In this document: positions 25,401-37,908 of the stretch, in pieces | Position numbering within the stretch: position 1 is the first letter of the stretch | Layout of the letters: every line of letters starts with the position of its first letter | Source of the DNA: Antedon mediterranea | Lineage: Eukaryota; Animalia; Echinodermata | Length of the DNA: 64,000 nt | NCBI RefSeq assembly: GCF_964355755.1 | Contig: NC_092673.1 | Location: 18,287,648 to 18,351,647 of the forward strand | Direction: 5' to 3' | The notes under the pieces: generated by a model | Database searches by the model: none | What the model saw: only the letters and a program-made list of their open reading frames with translations | What the model was told of the DNA's origin: nothing | Made by a program: the position numbers and the translations under genes

Positions 25401-27321
25401 ATGGAAAATTCAAGAGACCTCTAAAAAACCACAGGTAAAAACATGTGTTGAATAAAAATGTAATAATGTAATACTATATACATTATTATACAAATTATAG
25501 ATATTATACAGCATCACTATGGTAGGTTGAAATGGTGAAGAATATAATTATATTAAATCTAGGACCCTAGAATAGGCAGCTGAGTAACTTAATCAACAAA
25601 CTACAACTCTGCGCATCAAATGACTTTTTTTGTAGATTGTCCCCGCTAATTACCTATGGCATACAAGACCAACAAAGACATTTCTTTTAATAAGAGGTAA
25701 TTCATTATTAAAGGCAAGAGTGTTACTGTCACAGAAGTCAAATGATATTGATCCAGTACTTGTGAATTGTAAGTATTTGAAATGCTTTGGTAAAAAAACA
25801 AACGCGATGTGTTCATAAAACACAGTAATAGTGTCTTTGGTTGCATATATACAAATAATCTGTGTTTGTTTTTTATTGAAAAAATTATTTTATTTGTTAC
25901 AGGTGTTGTTAATACAACATCAAAACAAACCTTGGGTATGTTATTATTTATTCTATTGTACTAATCTATACGTTGTTATAATGTTCCATTCCACAGAACA
26001 GAAAACTGGCATTCTATACTACAAAAATGTACCTTTAGTGCTACCAATAAATAAGATTTAAAATCTCATTTTGATTATTTATAGGCATTAGTAAGGACAT
26101 AAATGAAGGAGCATCATTGGGTAACCTATGGCATCCAAGTAAGTTACTATTATACAAATAATGTAGATAATATTATGGTTATTGTTGATTAACAAGTTTT
26201 AATACTGTAATGATAATATTTGTGAAAATGATGATAATGCTCCTTTAGAATCATAGTAGTTCTCTATAAAATGTAAGACTGTGTTAAATGCAAGGAATAT
26301 AATTTATTTATTTGAAAATACCTCCCGAAAGATAAGCAATAGTTATATGTTATAAGGTACAAGGCATAGACAGTTAAAAAGGTCATCATAATATAATTCT
26401 ACAAATACTTTGTAAATCATTCAAAATTATGAAGAATTTACATTGTAATTTTACAGTAGAGGGGAGAAAAACAACAAAAACAAATGTATATATTATTTTT
26501 ACTCAAACTCATTTTGATTGGAATCAGTAAAAATAATAATCATTTTCAAAATAATGACCAGTAATTTTATTTGCAGATTCTAAAACTTATGACAATTTCC
26601 GAATTCTAAAAGCTAATCTTGGTAAATGCTTTGGAGGGGAAAAATGCTGTTGGATAAGGTTCCTACTATTTAATAAGTTGGATGTTGGTGAAATTACTAA
26701 TCAAGATTTTAATGCAAATGACTTGCTCAATGAACTTGAAGACAAAGGTTTAATCTCACCAACCAATGTTAATTTGCTGTTAGAGGTCACGAAAACATCT
26801 GAAATAGCACAAGCCAAAGATCTTGTATCAAAGTATATAACAGACAACAAGGTTGAGAATAAACATACTGGTAAAACCAAGTTGTCACCTTACAGAAAGC
26901 GACTGTTTAAGGCCCTGAAACAAGTTGACCAAGATGCATTACGTAATGTTACTTCTTTCTACGAGTTAAGAAGATATAACTTCTCCAATGTATGGAATGC
27001 AGTTCTCCATCTGGAGATGAATGGAAGATTAACAGATGATCCAGACAAAATACAAACGTTTGCAGATTGTGTTGGAGGAATGGCAGGAAACATGCTGAAC
27101 ACGTTTAATGTTCTTACTGAACCATTCCCAAGGTAATTGTAATGTAAACTATTCATATCTTTCATTTTTGTTTTAAAATGTTACATGGTGGTAATTTAAT
27201 TTGTCAATTTGATAATAAATTGTTATTTCTATAGTTATTATAAATATACTACTGAATTTATTACATAATATTTTAATTACTCTTCAACTGTTTTAGTTGA
27301 ACAATGACTTTTTACAGTTGA
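13470..27321 (+). CDS. Multi-exon gene: (truncated ZU5)-UPA - ZU5-UPA - tandem DED-like domains
   Basis: Phase-compatible GT-AG exons with no internal stop: ~13470/13557-13695, 14769-14903, 16254-16395, 20853-20882, 24324-24850, 25291-25434, 25636-25768, 25903-25935, 26085-26138, 26577-27132, 27318-27321 (TGA). The 5' end is unresolved. Confidence 0.75.
14226..14364. mobile_element. Short degenerate MITE
   Basis: Imperfect TIR AAGCTTGATTCCCACT / AGTGAGAACCAAGCTT. Confidence 0.45.
14928..14959. mobile_element. 32-bp hairpin insertion (CATAGAGATAT...ATATCTCTATG) with 7-bp TSD
   Basis: ATTATAC at 14921-14927 and 14960-14966; the paralogous intron at ~25481-25500 has a single ATTATAC and no insert. 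Confidence 0.85.
16798..19849 (+). mobile_element. Academ DNA transposon relic within an intron
   Basis: Ends TAGTCCAGTCA...TGACTGGATTA with extended imperfect TIR; 3-bp TSD CAT; decayed transposase motifs WAGLSTDLVIE (~17705), LDGSALLHSIPW (~18172), IVFDGYESGSSTKD (~18247), LLFAHAIL (~18570). Confidence 0.8.
17040..17270 (-). mobile_element. L2/CR1-type LINE 3' fragment
   Basis: Minus strand reads GDRAFAVAAPKLWKNLP...FKTLLKTHLF, the usual ORF2 C-terminus, followed by an AGCGCT-containing tail. Confidence 0.75.
19873..20811. mobile_element. Foldback/MULE-like non-autonomous element with 16-bp subterminal tandem repeats
   Basis: TIR CAAGTCGGCCCTAAACCGTCTCGGCCAAAGTCAAGT; about 12 copies of CAAGTCAACTCGGCCT on the left and about 3 inverted on the right; inner IR TAAAGTATGGAACGCAAAA. 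No clear TSD. Confidence 0.75.
21040..21265 (-). mobile_element. 5S rRNA-derived sequence (SINE3-like or 5S pseudogene) with partly duplicated tail
   Basis: Reverse complement of 21180-21265 reads TACGGCC...GTCTGAT..AAGTTAAGCAAC..GGACCTGGTT..CTTGGATGAGAGACCGTCTGG, matching 5S boxes A/IE/C with a deletion; tail repeated at ~20886-21020. Confidence 0.7.
21480..21720. repeat. CGTATA-rich transposon end fragment
   Basis: Dense CGTATACG/ATATACG motifs ending TTTGCAAAGGG; matching second end not found. Confidence 0.4.
21735..22960 (-). pseudogene. Fragmented CR1-type LINE ORF2 (APE endonuclease and pre-RT region)
   Basis: YRPP, IAGDLN, IDHVY, SDH and KSPGPDGI motifs split over three frames. Confidence 0.85.
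23440..23870. repeat. Diverged direct repeats
   Basis: TCTACGACCAGTA...GCCCTGG...GGTCAGAAATGG block recurs at ~23470 and ~23762, with a partial third copy at ~23625. Confidence 0.55.
24324..24850 (+). CDS. ZU5-domain exon (UNC5/PIDD-like), ending with the start of a UPA-like domain
   Basis: VDSTGGML, ISPIVKCGPEGTIFNKPCLLSFPH and LNHFTWY are typical ZU5 motifs; canonical splice sites. Confidence 0.9.
26577..27132 (+). CDS. Exon encoding two tandem death-fold (DED-like) domains
   Basis: FRILKANL...DLLNELEDKGLISPTNVNLLLEV and LSPYRKRLF...VLHLEMNGRL resemble DED1/DED2 of caspase-8/FLIP-type prodomains. Confidence 0.72.
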
Positions 27322-27960
27322 TTGCAGACTTTGCAAAACGGTTTGATGAACGTGGACTCCTTAACAGCCTACAACTTACAAGTTCTATTCATAGAAATGG
27401 TAGATGTTGCAGTATATACAGTACCCACTAGACTAGACTCATTATTGTAAAACAGATAGCATCTGACGATCATAGGTATGGAAGGCAACAAACCTGGCAA
27501 AAACCACTTTGCAACAATGTCTTTGTGGCCTTTTTGAGATAGCCCTGTTAAATTGAATTTTGAATAATTTCAACTGTATTATTACAGAACCCCTATTAAG
27601 GGGACACCTTTGCGACCCAAAAAATTGTTCCCGTAATATGGTTTTTAGGGTGGGGAAGGTGCTTGGCCGGAGGAAAAAAATATACCAAAAACAATAATTT
27701 AACTGTCAAGCCAGAGAAAGTATCATAATTGTTATCATAATTATTATGATATCCATTTTTTTTATAGAAATGAATAACTATTTGGTATTTTTGTTTGTTT
27801 TTGTAATGGAAAAAAATTGTTGGTCTTCCTATTTGAAAATGGACTTTTTGGATTTTTACGATAAATGACAAAAATTGTATTTTAAATCAAGAAATCATGT
27901 AATAATTGGACCCATGACAACCTAAGTGTATCGTAACCAAGACAATAATGTGTTCCATTC

Positions 27961-28444
27961 AACAACACAATTTGTTGTGGATAAATCTAAAAGCTGTAGG
28001 AATCCCTGTATTGATAGTACAGGGATTTTAACAACACAATTTGTTGTGGATAAATCTAAAAGCTGTAGGAATCCCTGTATTTATAGTACAGGAATTTTAA
28101 CAACACAATTTGTTGTGGATAAATCTAAAAGCTGTAGGAATCACTGTATTTATAGTACAGGGATTTTAACAACACAATTTGTTGTGGATAAATCTAAAAG
28201 CTGTAGGAATCACTGTATTTATAGTACAGGGATTTTAACAACACAATTTGTTGTGGATAAATCTAAAAGGTGTAGGAATCCCTGTATTTATAGTACAGGG
28301 ATTTTAACAACACAATTTGTTGTGGATAAATCTATAAGCTGTAGGAATCACTGTATTTATGGTACAGGGATTTTAACAACACAATTTGTTGTGGATAAAT
28401 CTAAAAGCTGTAGGAATCACTGTATTTATAGTACAGAGATTTTT
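27961..28444. repeat. 69-bp minisatellite, 7 copies
   Basis: Unit AACAACACAATTTGTTGTGGATAAATCT...CAGGGATTTT; explains the TTQFVVDKSKSC ORF. Confidence 0.95.
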
Positions 28445-29705
28445 ACAAAAAATTACCAAATTGTTAATGATAACTATTAATGATGTGCAATTGTCAGTCT
28501 GTGTTAACTGTCACCATTTTTAATTCATATTTTGCGATATCAATGTTGTCATTCTTCATGCTGCATTTTGGTTAAAGTGTGGCCTACTGTACTTAATAGG
28601 CCTAACAATAAATATAATAAGTCAATTCACATTAATATTTTGTTCTTTCTTTTCTAAGTTTGCAAAAAACAAAACATGACAAACACATATGTGTTTGTTC
28701 TGTTTTGTTTTTGTAATTTTAAACAAATTTACATTAATTATAAATAACTAACATGTGCATATTATTCAAATGAGACCAGGTAAACGGAAGTACAGAATGA
28801 TGTTTAAATATAATGAATTGAATAAATAAATTTGTTTGTACAGAACTGAATTATATTTTTTATATGAATGAATTTTCTAATACCTGTTTGTTAAAAATGA
28901 AATGTTTTATATTTTGATATTTTTCACTTTTAATTCAATTTTGTAAATTAAAACTCAATTGAGTATTTATGCTGCTGTGTTTTAATGTTTATATTCATAT
29001 TTTTTTAATAAATACTAATGAATGAAAAGCTTTTTTGTGTTTGTAAGGATTGTGTGTTTGTTTGGAAGGGGGAGATTTTAACATCGAGGTGATCATTATA
29101 CTGTATCAAAATGTACGTGCTTTGCTATTCATTGTATATTATACAAAATATCCATTCCACCAATCCAGAGAGTAATAAAGTTCTTCGTAGACAAATGGTG
29201 GTTGCGCCCTCTATAAAAAATAAAAGTTTATTCACCCAACAAACCACTCTCACAACATGTCGAAGAATGTCAAACACAAGAAGTAAGTTTTTGTTTCATC
29301 CTAGGCCTACCTACTTAGTACTATATTATATCAGCCTAGATAGGCCTATAGGCCTAGCTAGGCTAGTTCTAACTAGCTGGGGCAGGCCCTACCTCTAGTT
29401 ATCAAAGGCTTTTAGCCCTTAGCTAGGCCTATACTAGTGGGCCTAGAGTAGAATAGAGACAGGCCTGCTGAGGGAGTCGCCACAACTTGTCGTTAGAGAA
29501 CAGACATCAACTGCATTGTGATTGGTCCTAAGACGAACATAAACACATGGATGGATGAGGATATTTTAAAGGGGGATTCTGGGTTTAAAATTGCTTTTAA
29601 ATATCGTTTTTTATTAAATAAAAAATATTATAACTAGGCCTAGCCGCCTATACTTACTTACTAGGCCTATATATACAAACTAAACTAACACTATAGTATA
29701 GTATA

Positions 29706-30530
29706 CGGATTAGGCCAAGTTGAGCCGCCGACAAGTTAAGCCGCGCGCCACCAGAAAAACGTTATTTTCTATGAAACGCCAAATGCTAACTTTTGCCGGT
29801 GCTTGTTTCTATTTAATAGAAGTTATATTTATATAGATATAGATATAACGATGTATACGGTATTCAAAAGTTTATATATCATGGTTTTTAGTATATATTA
29901 AAATTATTAAATATTATAGCGTATAATAAAAGAAATAATTATGAAAATCTGACTTGTAGATCCCAAAATGTAAGGCCTAAAACATCACCCAAAATGATCG
30001 TTTTTAGCCAAAAATGATGTAAGTAAGTATGCACTAGGCCTACTCCATTTTTCGGTAAAATAATTACATAAAATCACCGTTTTTTAGTAAAATATTTTGT
30101 GTATTAAGATTGTAAAATTCAATAAAATATGATATTAAAAGATAGTAAATAAAAAATAATAATTATTTAACCTCATTCGAATATCAATACTCTATAGTCC
30201 TGACAGACAATGTGATTTTACGTGGTAGGCTTACACGCGAGAAAAATATTATGGAGTACACTGCATTTTTACCTTGAAAGATTAAAAACAATTAAATTAT
30301 TAAATATGACTACTTTCCTTTGCTGTGTTGTTATGGTGGTTCAAACCAACAAAATTGTAGAATGTAATTATATATTCTTTATTTTCATGACACAATAAAC
30401 CTAAAGACCATGAACTTATGTACTAGGACACCACTCTATCACTACGCGAAATGTCGTAAAAGACGCACTGGGCGTTTCATAGAAATTACCGGCGGCTCAA
30501 CTTGTCGGCGGCCCAACCGGTCATATGCCG
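29706..30530. mobile_element. TA-flanked MITE (Tc1/mariner/pogo-type ends)
   Basis: TA|CGG...CCG|TA with imperfect TIR containing GCCGCCGACAAGTT and inner IR TTTCTATGAAACGCC. Confidence 0.65.
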
Positions 30531-30734
30531 TATATACATACATACAATCGGAATTAAAACATGTTAAACTTCAATACATCTAAACTAAATACTACAGTAC
30601 AATCAAAATCAAAACATATTAAAAATTACAATACAATCGGAATTAAAACATGTTATTGTTAAACTACAAAACAACTAAACTAAATATCACAATCGGACGA
30701 GCATAATTGAAGATTTATTGACATAATTTATAAT

Positions 30735-31110
30735 TATATGTTTTTTGTTTGTTTTACTGATCACCTGATACATTTACATTAAATGTTAAATGTAAATAAA
30801 TGAAACGAATGTAGATACAGAAACAAAATCATAATGGTAACAGATTCATTGACGTAATTATGTTTATTTGTTTTACTGATTACCTGATACATTTACATTT
30901 AATATTAAATGTAAATAAATGAAACGAATATAGATACCATAGTTAAACAAAATGGTAACAGATTCATTGATGTAATTATTATGTATGTTTGCTTTACTGA
31001 TCATCTGATAGCCTACATTTACATTTAATGTTAAATGTAAATAAATGAAACGATTGTAGATACAGAAACAAAATGGTAACGGATTCATTGACGACATATT
31101 TATGTATTTT
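30735..31110. repeat. ~120-bp tandem repeat, 3 copies
   Basis: TTTACTGATCACCTGATACATTTACATT...AATGGTAACAGATTCATTGA repeated three times. Confidence 0.85.
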
Positions 31111-32313
31111 AGTTTTTTGTTTTACGACGACTCGGCTATACTAGTTGAACCTATTTCCCATCTTTTTATAATGGTATAGTCCATACAAGTCGAGGTGGCC
31201 GAAAATGGCACCTGATCCTATTGTTTTAATGGCAGGTCTTTCTTCAGAAGGGCCTAGACCTAGAATTTTTTATTTAGCCAGGCTAGGCCTAGGCCTAGCC
31301 TACACAGACAGCCAATACGGCGCTAGGCCTACGCCCATAATCTAGTAACTAGGCCTAGCCTAGGCCTACTAGCTAGGCCTAGTAGTACTGTACGTAGAGA
31401 GGCATTAGGGCCAGGGGTAGCCTTCTACCTAGGCCTACTATTCTCTTTTAATCTAGGCCCTACCTTGTAGGCTAGCCTAGTAATAATGATGTAAGGCGAT
31501 CAGAGAAACTTAAACCAATAGACGATTTTCGTGCTACGGAAGCCATCTTGCAGAATATGTACAACAAATAAAACATATATTTAGATTAATATTAAGATAA
31601 TAAATGTTTGCTGATGTCTTTAATATGACTGATAGCCCCCTGGACCAGTCCAGATCAAATTTGAGATAACAAATTAGGCCTATTATAAGAGATCTGTGGA
31701 GCCCAAAAGTCTTTAGTATGACTTTGTAGTCCCCAAAACATTTTTTCATAGCTTTCATTCAATCACCATACTACTGTTATTGAGATTAAATAGTAAAGTT
31801 CATTAATAATGGATACAAAAGAAACATATTGTGGTTTTGGTTTACAAGTTGAAATAATTAATTAGGCCAGACAAAATATATTGTTAAGTTACCACTCTTC
31901 CCTGATTTTTTTAGCCTCTTCTCTTTTTCTTTTCTGAGTGACAACAAAATAACTAACAATTACGATAAATCATTACATTTTATTTTACCAACAGGAACAA
32001 TTTTATTACATTAAATAGTTTCTTAAAGTTGAAAATAGTGATTCATTTGTTCGTGTTTGAAGGAATTAGTATCACTTTATTTCAAGATGGTAGCATAAAA
32101 CAATATTGATGACCTATTAAAGCATAGTACTTTAGTAAAAAAAAAAAAGCCCTTGATGCTTAACAAGTATATATTTTTTGACCTTATAAAACAGGTATTC
32201 TAAAATGTGAAACCTCAATAGAGTATGATTTAAACACTAGCATTCGTTTCCTTTCTTTTTGAATAATTGAAGTCGTGAATAATTATGTTTTAACTTCCTG
32301 TTTTTGCAGTTAA

Positions 32314-32939
32314 AGCCCCATTCCCTACGTTTTTTAGATCTAATTTAAGATCACAAACTATATTTAATGTAAAAATAATACTATATGGTCCTATTGCGAT
32401 TAAATTTTTCGTCTTTAAACGGTTAAAAATGTGAAAAATAAATCGATTCTAATAATTATAGCGGCCCGCTATAAATCCCAAAATGCATTGCGCGCAGATT
32501 GATATTTTTGTTTTTCACCTGTAATTCGCCCACTTTTCGATCGATCGTGAAGCCAAAACAAATGGAAGACTCCTAACTTTTCAGCGAAAATACCGGGTTT
32601 TCCCCAATTTGTATCAACGGAGTCTGGCAAAAATAGAAAGACAATTAATGCAGCAACTATACAACGTCAGGGTAGGTATATAGCTAGCGTACGATGTTCG
32701 TACGTTATCGATGTTTACCAGCTAGGCCTACAAAACTAAGCCTAGCTAGGCTAGGCCTAAGACCGTCCACGAGAGGTCGATCGCCGCGAGCTACTTAGGT
32801 AGTGCATTGTTTCTCACTTTTTATCATAATTTACCATAAAACGTACATTTAAGACAAGGAATGACATGGTTTAATGTTTTTAAAGTGATATATATGTATT
32901 ATTTTCCAAAAAACGTCCAAAATTGCAGGGAAGGGGTCT
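32314..32939 (-). mobile_element. Kolobok-type MITE, copy 2
   Basis: Reverse complement of 3050-3675 with few substitutions; TTAA TSD. Confidence 0.88.
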
Positions 32940-33887
32940 TTAAGTATTTTGCAAGATTGTTTGAGGAAGTCAGTATTGTATTTGGTGAATATTCATTTAT
33001 TTATATTCAAACACAGTAAAATATTGTACATGGTTTGAAATTATTTTTGTTTAAAAAAAAATATAAAAATCAGTTAAGAAGGTTAAAATTTTGTAAATAC
33101 AGATAAAGCACATATAAATTCAGATAAAATACATCATTTAAAATACAAAATACAAGTAAGATTGGTGTGTGTAAGGGAATAGCATAAAATGACTACTGTT
33201 TCCATGTTTCATTGAATTGCCTCATTACAGTAGGGAGAAACGAGTTTCTCATCCTATTGGTTTTCCATCTTGGGTACACTAAACGCCTTGACAATTGCTA
33301 AAAAATCACTCACCTGAACCGCATGAGCGCGCAGTAAGCTCTCTATTTGTTAGAGAAAGAAGACAGGGTTTTTAGTCAAAATAACGATTTAGATTTATCT
33401 GCCAATTGTGATATCGATGTTTCACAAATAAGTAGTATATTATGCTATTGAAATTAGTAAATTTTAGGTCATAATTTATTATTTCAAGCCCAGCTAGGCC
33501 TTCCTCTAGTAAGCCAGCCTTCAATTGGGCGAAAACATGCAGCCTGTCCACCAGGCTACTAACGAGATAGGCTAGTTTGTCTAGCCTAGGCCTAATATCG
33601 TCAAATGGTCATGATTAGAATGTCAAATGTCCACAAAATTTACGTTACTATTTATTTAGTATTCTTTCAAATAAATACAACTTGTAATGCAAACTTATGA
33701 ACCAGAAAAAAAATGTTGTATTTTGTTTGTAATAGTCTCTGATTTCCTACATATTTAAATAACTGTACAGGAAGTAATATAATAGAACATTACATTATTG
33801 TTTCAGGTGCTGAAGGGTTAAGGGGGTGATTTATTATTTATTATTTTATTACCTGCCTTCACTATCCAATCAATGTATATGTCATCT

Positions 33888-35415
33888 TCTATCTATCTTC
33901 TATCTATCTAGGCAATTAGTTCATCCATTGTTGAATGAAGCCCTCCTCATAACATTTCCATTTCTGTCTAATTCTTGCTGTCCTAGTCCATGCAGCCGTT
34001 CCAATGTATGTTGTTAGATCATCTCTCCACCTTCTTTTTTGTCTTCCTCTTTTCCTCTTTCCTACCCTTGGTTGCCATTCTGTTAATCTGTATGTCCATC
34101 TATTATCTTGAAATCTCGCCACATGCCCAGCCCATCTCCATTTTGATTGTCTTACTTTCTCCATTATATCTTTAACACCTGTCTTTTTTCTTATGATTGT
34201 ATGATTTACCCTGTCTCGAAGCGATAAGTTCATCATCTTCCTTTCCATTGCTCTTTGAGTAGTTGTAAGTTTCTGTTCAAGTTCCTTTGTTATTGCCCAT
34301 GTCTCTGAACCATATGTCATACTTGATAGCACACATTGGTTAAATAATTTCTTTCTCAGTGACATTGGTATACTCTTGTCAGTCAACATGTGTTTGTGTC
34401 TGCCAAAATTCATCCATCCTGCTTTTATTCTTAACATAACTTCTTCCTTCGTGGTGTCTTCCATTTTCAGTGTTTGTCCTAGATATTTATATTCTTCCAC
34501 TTTTTCTAGTTTCCGGCCCTCTATTTCAATGTCTTCCTGTGTGTCAAAGTTAGTCATGTATTTTGTTTTGTCTTTGTGCATAGTAAGTCCGATTGATTTA
34601 CTCTCCTTATTCAGACTTGAGAGTTGGTTTTTCATATCTGCAACTGATGTTGAAATCAATGCCACGTCATCCGCAAAACGAAGGTCTGTAAGCATTTCTC
34701 CATCAATAGTTATACCTCCATTAAGCTGAGCCTTTTTGAATACTTCTTCGATGGTTGCTGTGAATATCTTTGGGGACAGAGTATCACCTTGTCGTACCCC
34801 CCTCTGTATATGAACCTCTCTTGATATATCATTATCAATATGGATTCTGGCTATTGCATCAGTGTAGATATCTTCTATGATTCTGACGTAACCTTCATCA
34901 ACATTTATTTTTCGGAGCGCCTCAAACATATCCAAATGATCAATAGAATCGAATGCCTTTTGGTAATCCACAAAGCCAAGACAGAGTTTGAGTTGGTATT
35001 CACTTGCCTTTTCAATTAGCTGGTTTATTGCTTGTAGATGATCTATTGTCGAGTACCCTGCTCTGAAACCTGCTTTTTCTCTAGGTTGGTTGTTGTCTAA
35101 AACATCTCTTATTCTGTTATGGATTATTTTAGTGAAGATTTTGTACAGATGAGACAAGAGGCTAATGGGACGGTAGTTTTTAACATCTGCTTTGTCCCCT
35201 TTCTTGAACAAAAGAATGATCTTGGCTTCTTTCCATGCTCTTGGTATCTTCTGTATCACTAAGATTTGGTTGAAAAGTTTTATTAGCTGTTGGATTATCT
35301 CCTCCCCTCCTTGCTTGATGATGTCGCTTGTAAGTTCATCGTTTCCTGGTGCTTTATCATCCTTCATGCTCTTTAATGCTTCCTCCACTTCTTTTTCCAG
35401 TATCGGTGGTATATC
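33888..35415 (-). mobile_element. 5'-truncated RTE-clade LINE with an uninterrupted RT reading frame
   Basis: 501-aa ORF with YRPISLL, GVRQGD, LRFADD, KWRWAGH; (TAGA)n tail; TSD TGTCATCT at 33880-33887 and 35416-35423; empty site at ~37005. Confidence 0.93.
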
Positions 35416-36320
35416 TGTCATCTACTATAGTGTAATTAATTGTATAAACAGCCCCTTTAATTTAATGATATATTCAGCTTTCATCATCTATGCCATTTTC
35501 ATCTATTCTATTTTCATCATCTATTCATCATTGATAGAAATTTCTTTGATGCAATTTTCATCATAACCAATAAATTGCGTAAGCGATGTTTCATAGATTC
35601 TGGTTTCACCAAAATATGTTCTGCTTGATGTTAATGAATAGTTTTCAGTTATGACATCGAAGAGAGCTTAGTTGTACAATCTTCATGGTAAATTCAAGCT
35701 AATTTACTACTGATGTTTATACTATGTATGCTGGTTTTGCATAAAATTGCATATAAGCAAGCTGCATCACTTTAATCGTCCCTAGATAATTATACTAATT
35801 TATCTAAATAAATGATATTAAAGCTTGTTAATATTTATTTATTATACCATAGTAAAAATTATTTTCACAGCATAGGTTTATAGTATTACTGTATGTTGAC
35901 CAGGTTTATATAAGATGTTCCATCCACAAATTTTAGAGAATGGCAGGCACTAAATCAACCGAAACAAAAGTAACATTGATAAAAAAAAAAGATTCTTGAC
36001 AATCACAACAGGTTCAATGCAGATCACTTAACCTTAAAGAAGGCAAGACTGATTGAGGAAGTAATGTAATTCACAGAATAAGGAAAGAGGGTGTTGGCCC
36101 TTGGTATAACAATAAGCATCTTATAATAGGCAGCTTCTATGATCGGACTGTGCAATTTTGAATGTAATGTTATTTTATCATGTATGTTTCTTTAGATTCA
36201 GTGTGTAAATGTGAGTTGTAATAGTATAGTTATTTATTTCATTTTATAATACTGTATTTTTACTTGTTGTAATTGTACAATGATCGTTTAGTATCAAACA
36301 GTATTTATACGATTAATTAA

Positions 36321-36558
36321 AGACACCTTCCCTACGTTTTTCAGATCTATTTTAAGATCACAAACTATATTTAATGTCAAAATAATACTATATGGTCCTA
36401 TTGCGATAACTTTTTTCGTCTTTAAATGGTTAAAAATGTGAAAAAATGTGAAAAATAAGTCGATTCTAATAATTATAGCGGCCCGCTATAAATCCCAAAA
36501 TGCATTGCGCGTGGATTGATATTTCTGTTTTTCTTCTGTAATTCACCCACTTTTCGAT
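36321..36558 (-). mobile_element. Kolobok-type MITE, copy truncated by the duplication junction
   Basis: TTAA|AGACACCTTCCCTACG start; similarity stops at the duplication breakpoint. Confidence 0.8.
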
Positions 36559-37908
36559 AAGTAGTATATTATGCTATTGAAATTAGTAAATTTTAGGTCA
36601 TAATTTATTATTTCAAGCCTAGCTAGGCCTTCCTCTAGTAAGCCAGCCTTCAATTTGGCGAAAACATGCAGCCTGTCCACCAGGCTACGAACGAGATAGG
36701 CTAGTTTGTCTAGCCTAGGCCTAATATCGTCAAATGGTCATGATTAGAATGTCAAATATCGACAAAATGATACTATTTATTTAGTATTCTTTCAAATAAA
36801 TACAACTTGTAATGCAAACTTATGAACCAGAAAAAAAATGTTGTATTTTGTTTGTAATTAGTTTCTGATTTCCTACATATTTAAATAACTGTACAGGAAG
36901 TAATATATAGAACATTACATTATTGTTTCAGGTGCTGAAGGGTTAAGGGGGTGATTTATTATTTATTATTTTATTAGCTGCCTTCACTATCCAATCAATG
37001 TATATGTCATCTACTATAGTGTAATTAATTGTATAAACAGCCCCTTTAATTTAATGATATATTCAGCTTTCATCATCTATGCCATTTTCATCTATTCTAT
37101 TTTCATCATCTATTCATCATTGATAGAAATTTCATTGATGCAATTTTCATCATAACCAATAACTTGCGTAAGCGACGTTTCATAGATTCTGGTTTTACCA
37201 AAATATGTTCCGCTTGATGTTAATGAAAGTTTTCAGTTATGCCATCGAAGAGAGCTTAGTTGTACAATCTTCATGGTAAATTCAAGCTAATTTACTACTG
37301 ATGTTTATACTATGTATGCTGGTTTTGCATAAAATTGCATATAATCAAGCTGCATCACTTTAATCGTCCCTAGATAATTATACTAATTTATCAAACTAAA
37401 TGATATTAAAGCTTGTTAATATTTTATTTATTATACCATAGTAAAAATTATTTTCACAGCATAGGTTTATAGTATTACTGTATGTTGACCAGGTTTATAT
37501 AAGATGTTCTATCCACAAATTTTAGAGAATGGCAGGCACTAAATCGACAGAAAAAAAAGTAACATTGATAAAAAAAAAAGATTCTTGACAATCACAACAG
37601 GTTCAATGCAGATCACTTAACCTTAAAGAAGGCAAGACTGATTGAGGAAGTAATGTAATTCACAAAATAAAGAAATAGGGTGTTGGCCCTTGGTATAACA
37701 ATAAGCATCTTATAATAGGCAGCTTCTATATTGGACTGTGCAATTTTGAATGTAATGTTATTTTATCATGTATGTTTCTTTAGATTCAGTGTGTAAATGT
37801 GAGTTGTAATAGTATAGTTATTTATTTCATTTTATAATACTATATTTTTACTTGTTGTAATTGTACAATGATCGTTTAGTATCAAACAGTATTTATACAA
37901 ATAACTAA

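Noticed and set aside
27583-27625. Tc1/mariner-like terminus TACAGAACCCCTATTAAGGGGACACC
   Set aside because: No matching second end found.
27926-28480. 184-aa Cys-containing repeat ORF
   Set aside because: Translation of the 69-bp minisatellite, starting at GTG; no domain similarity recognised.
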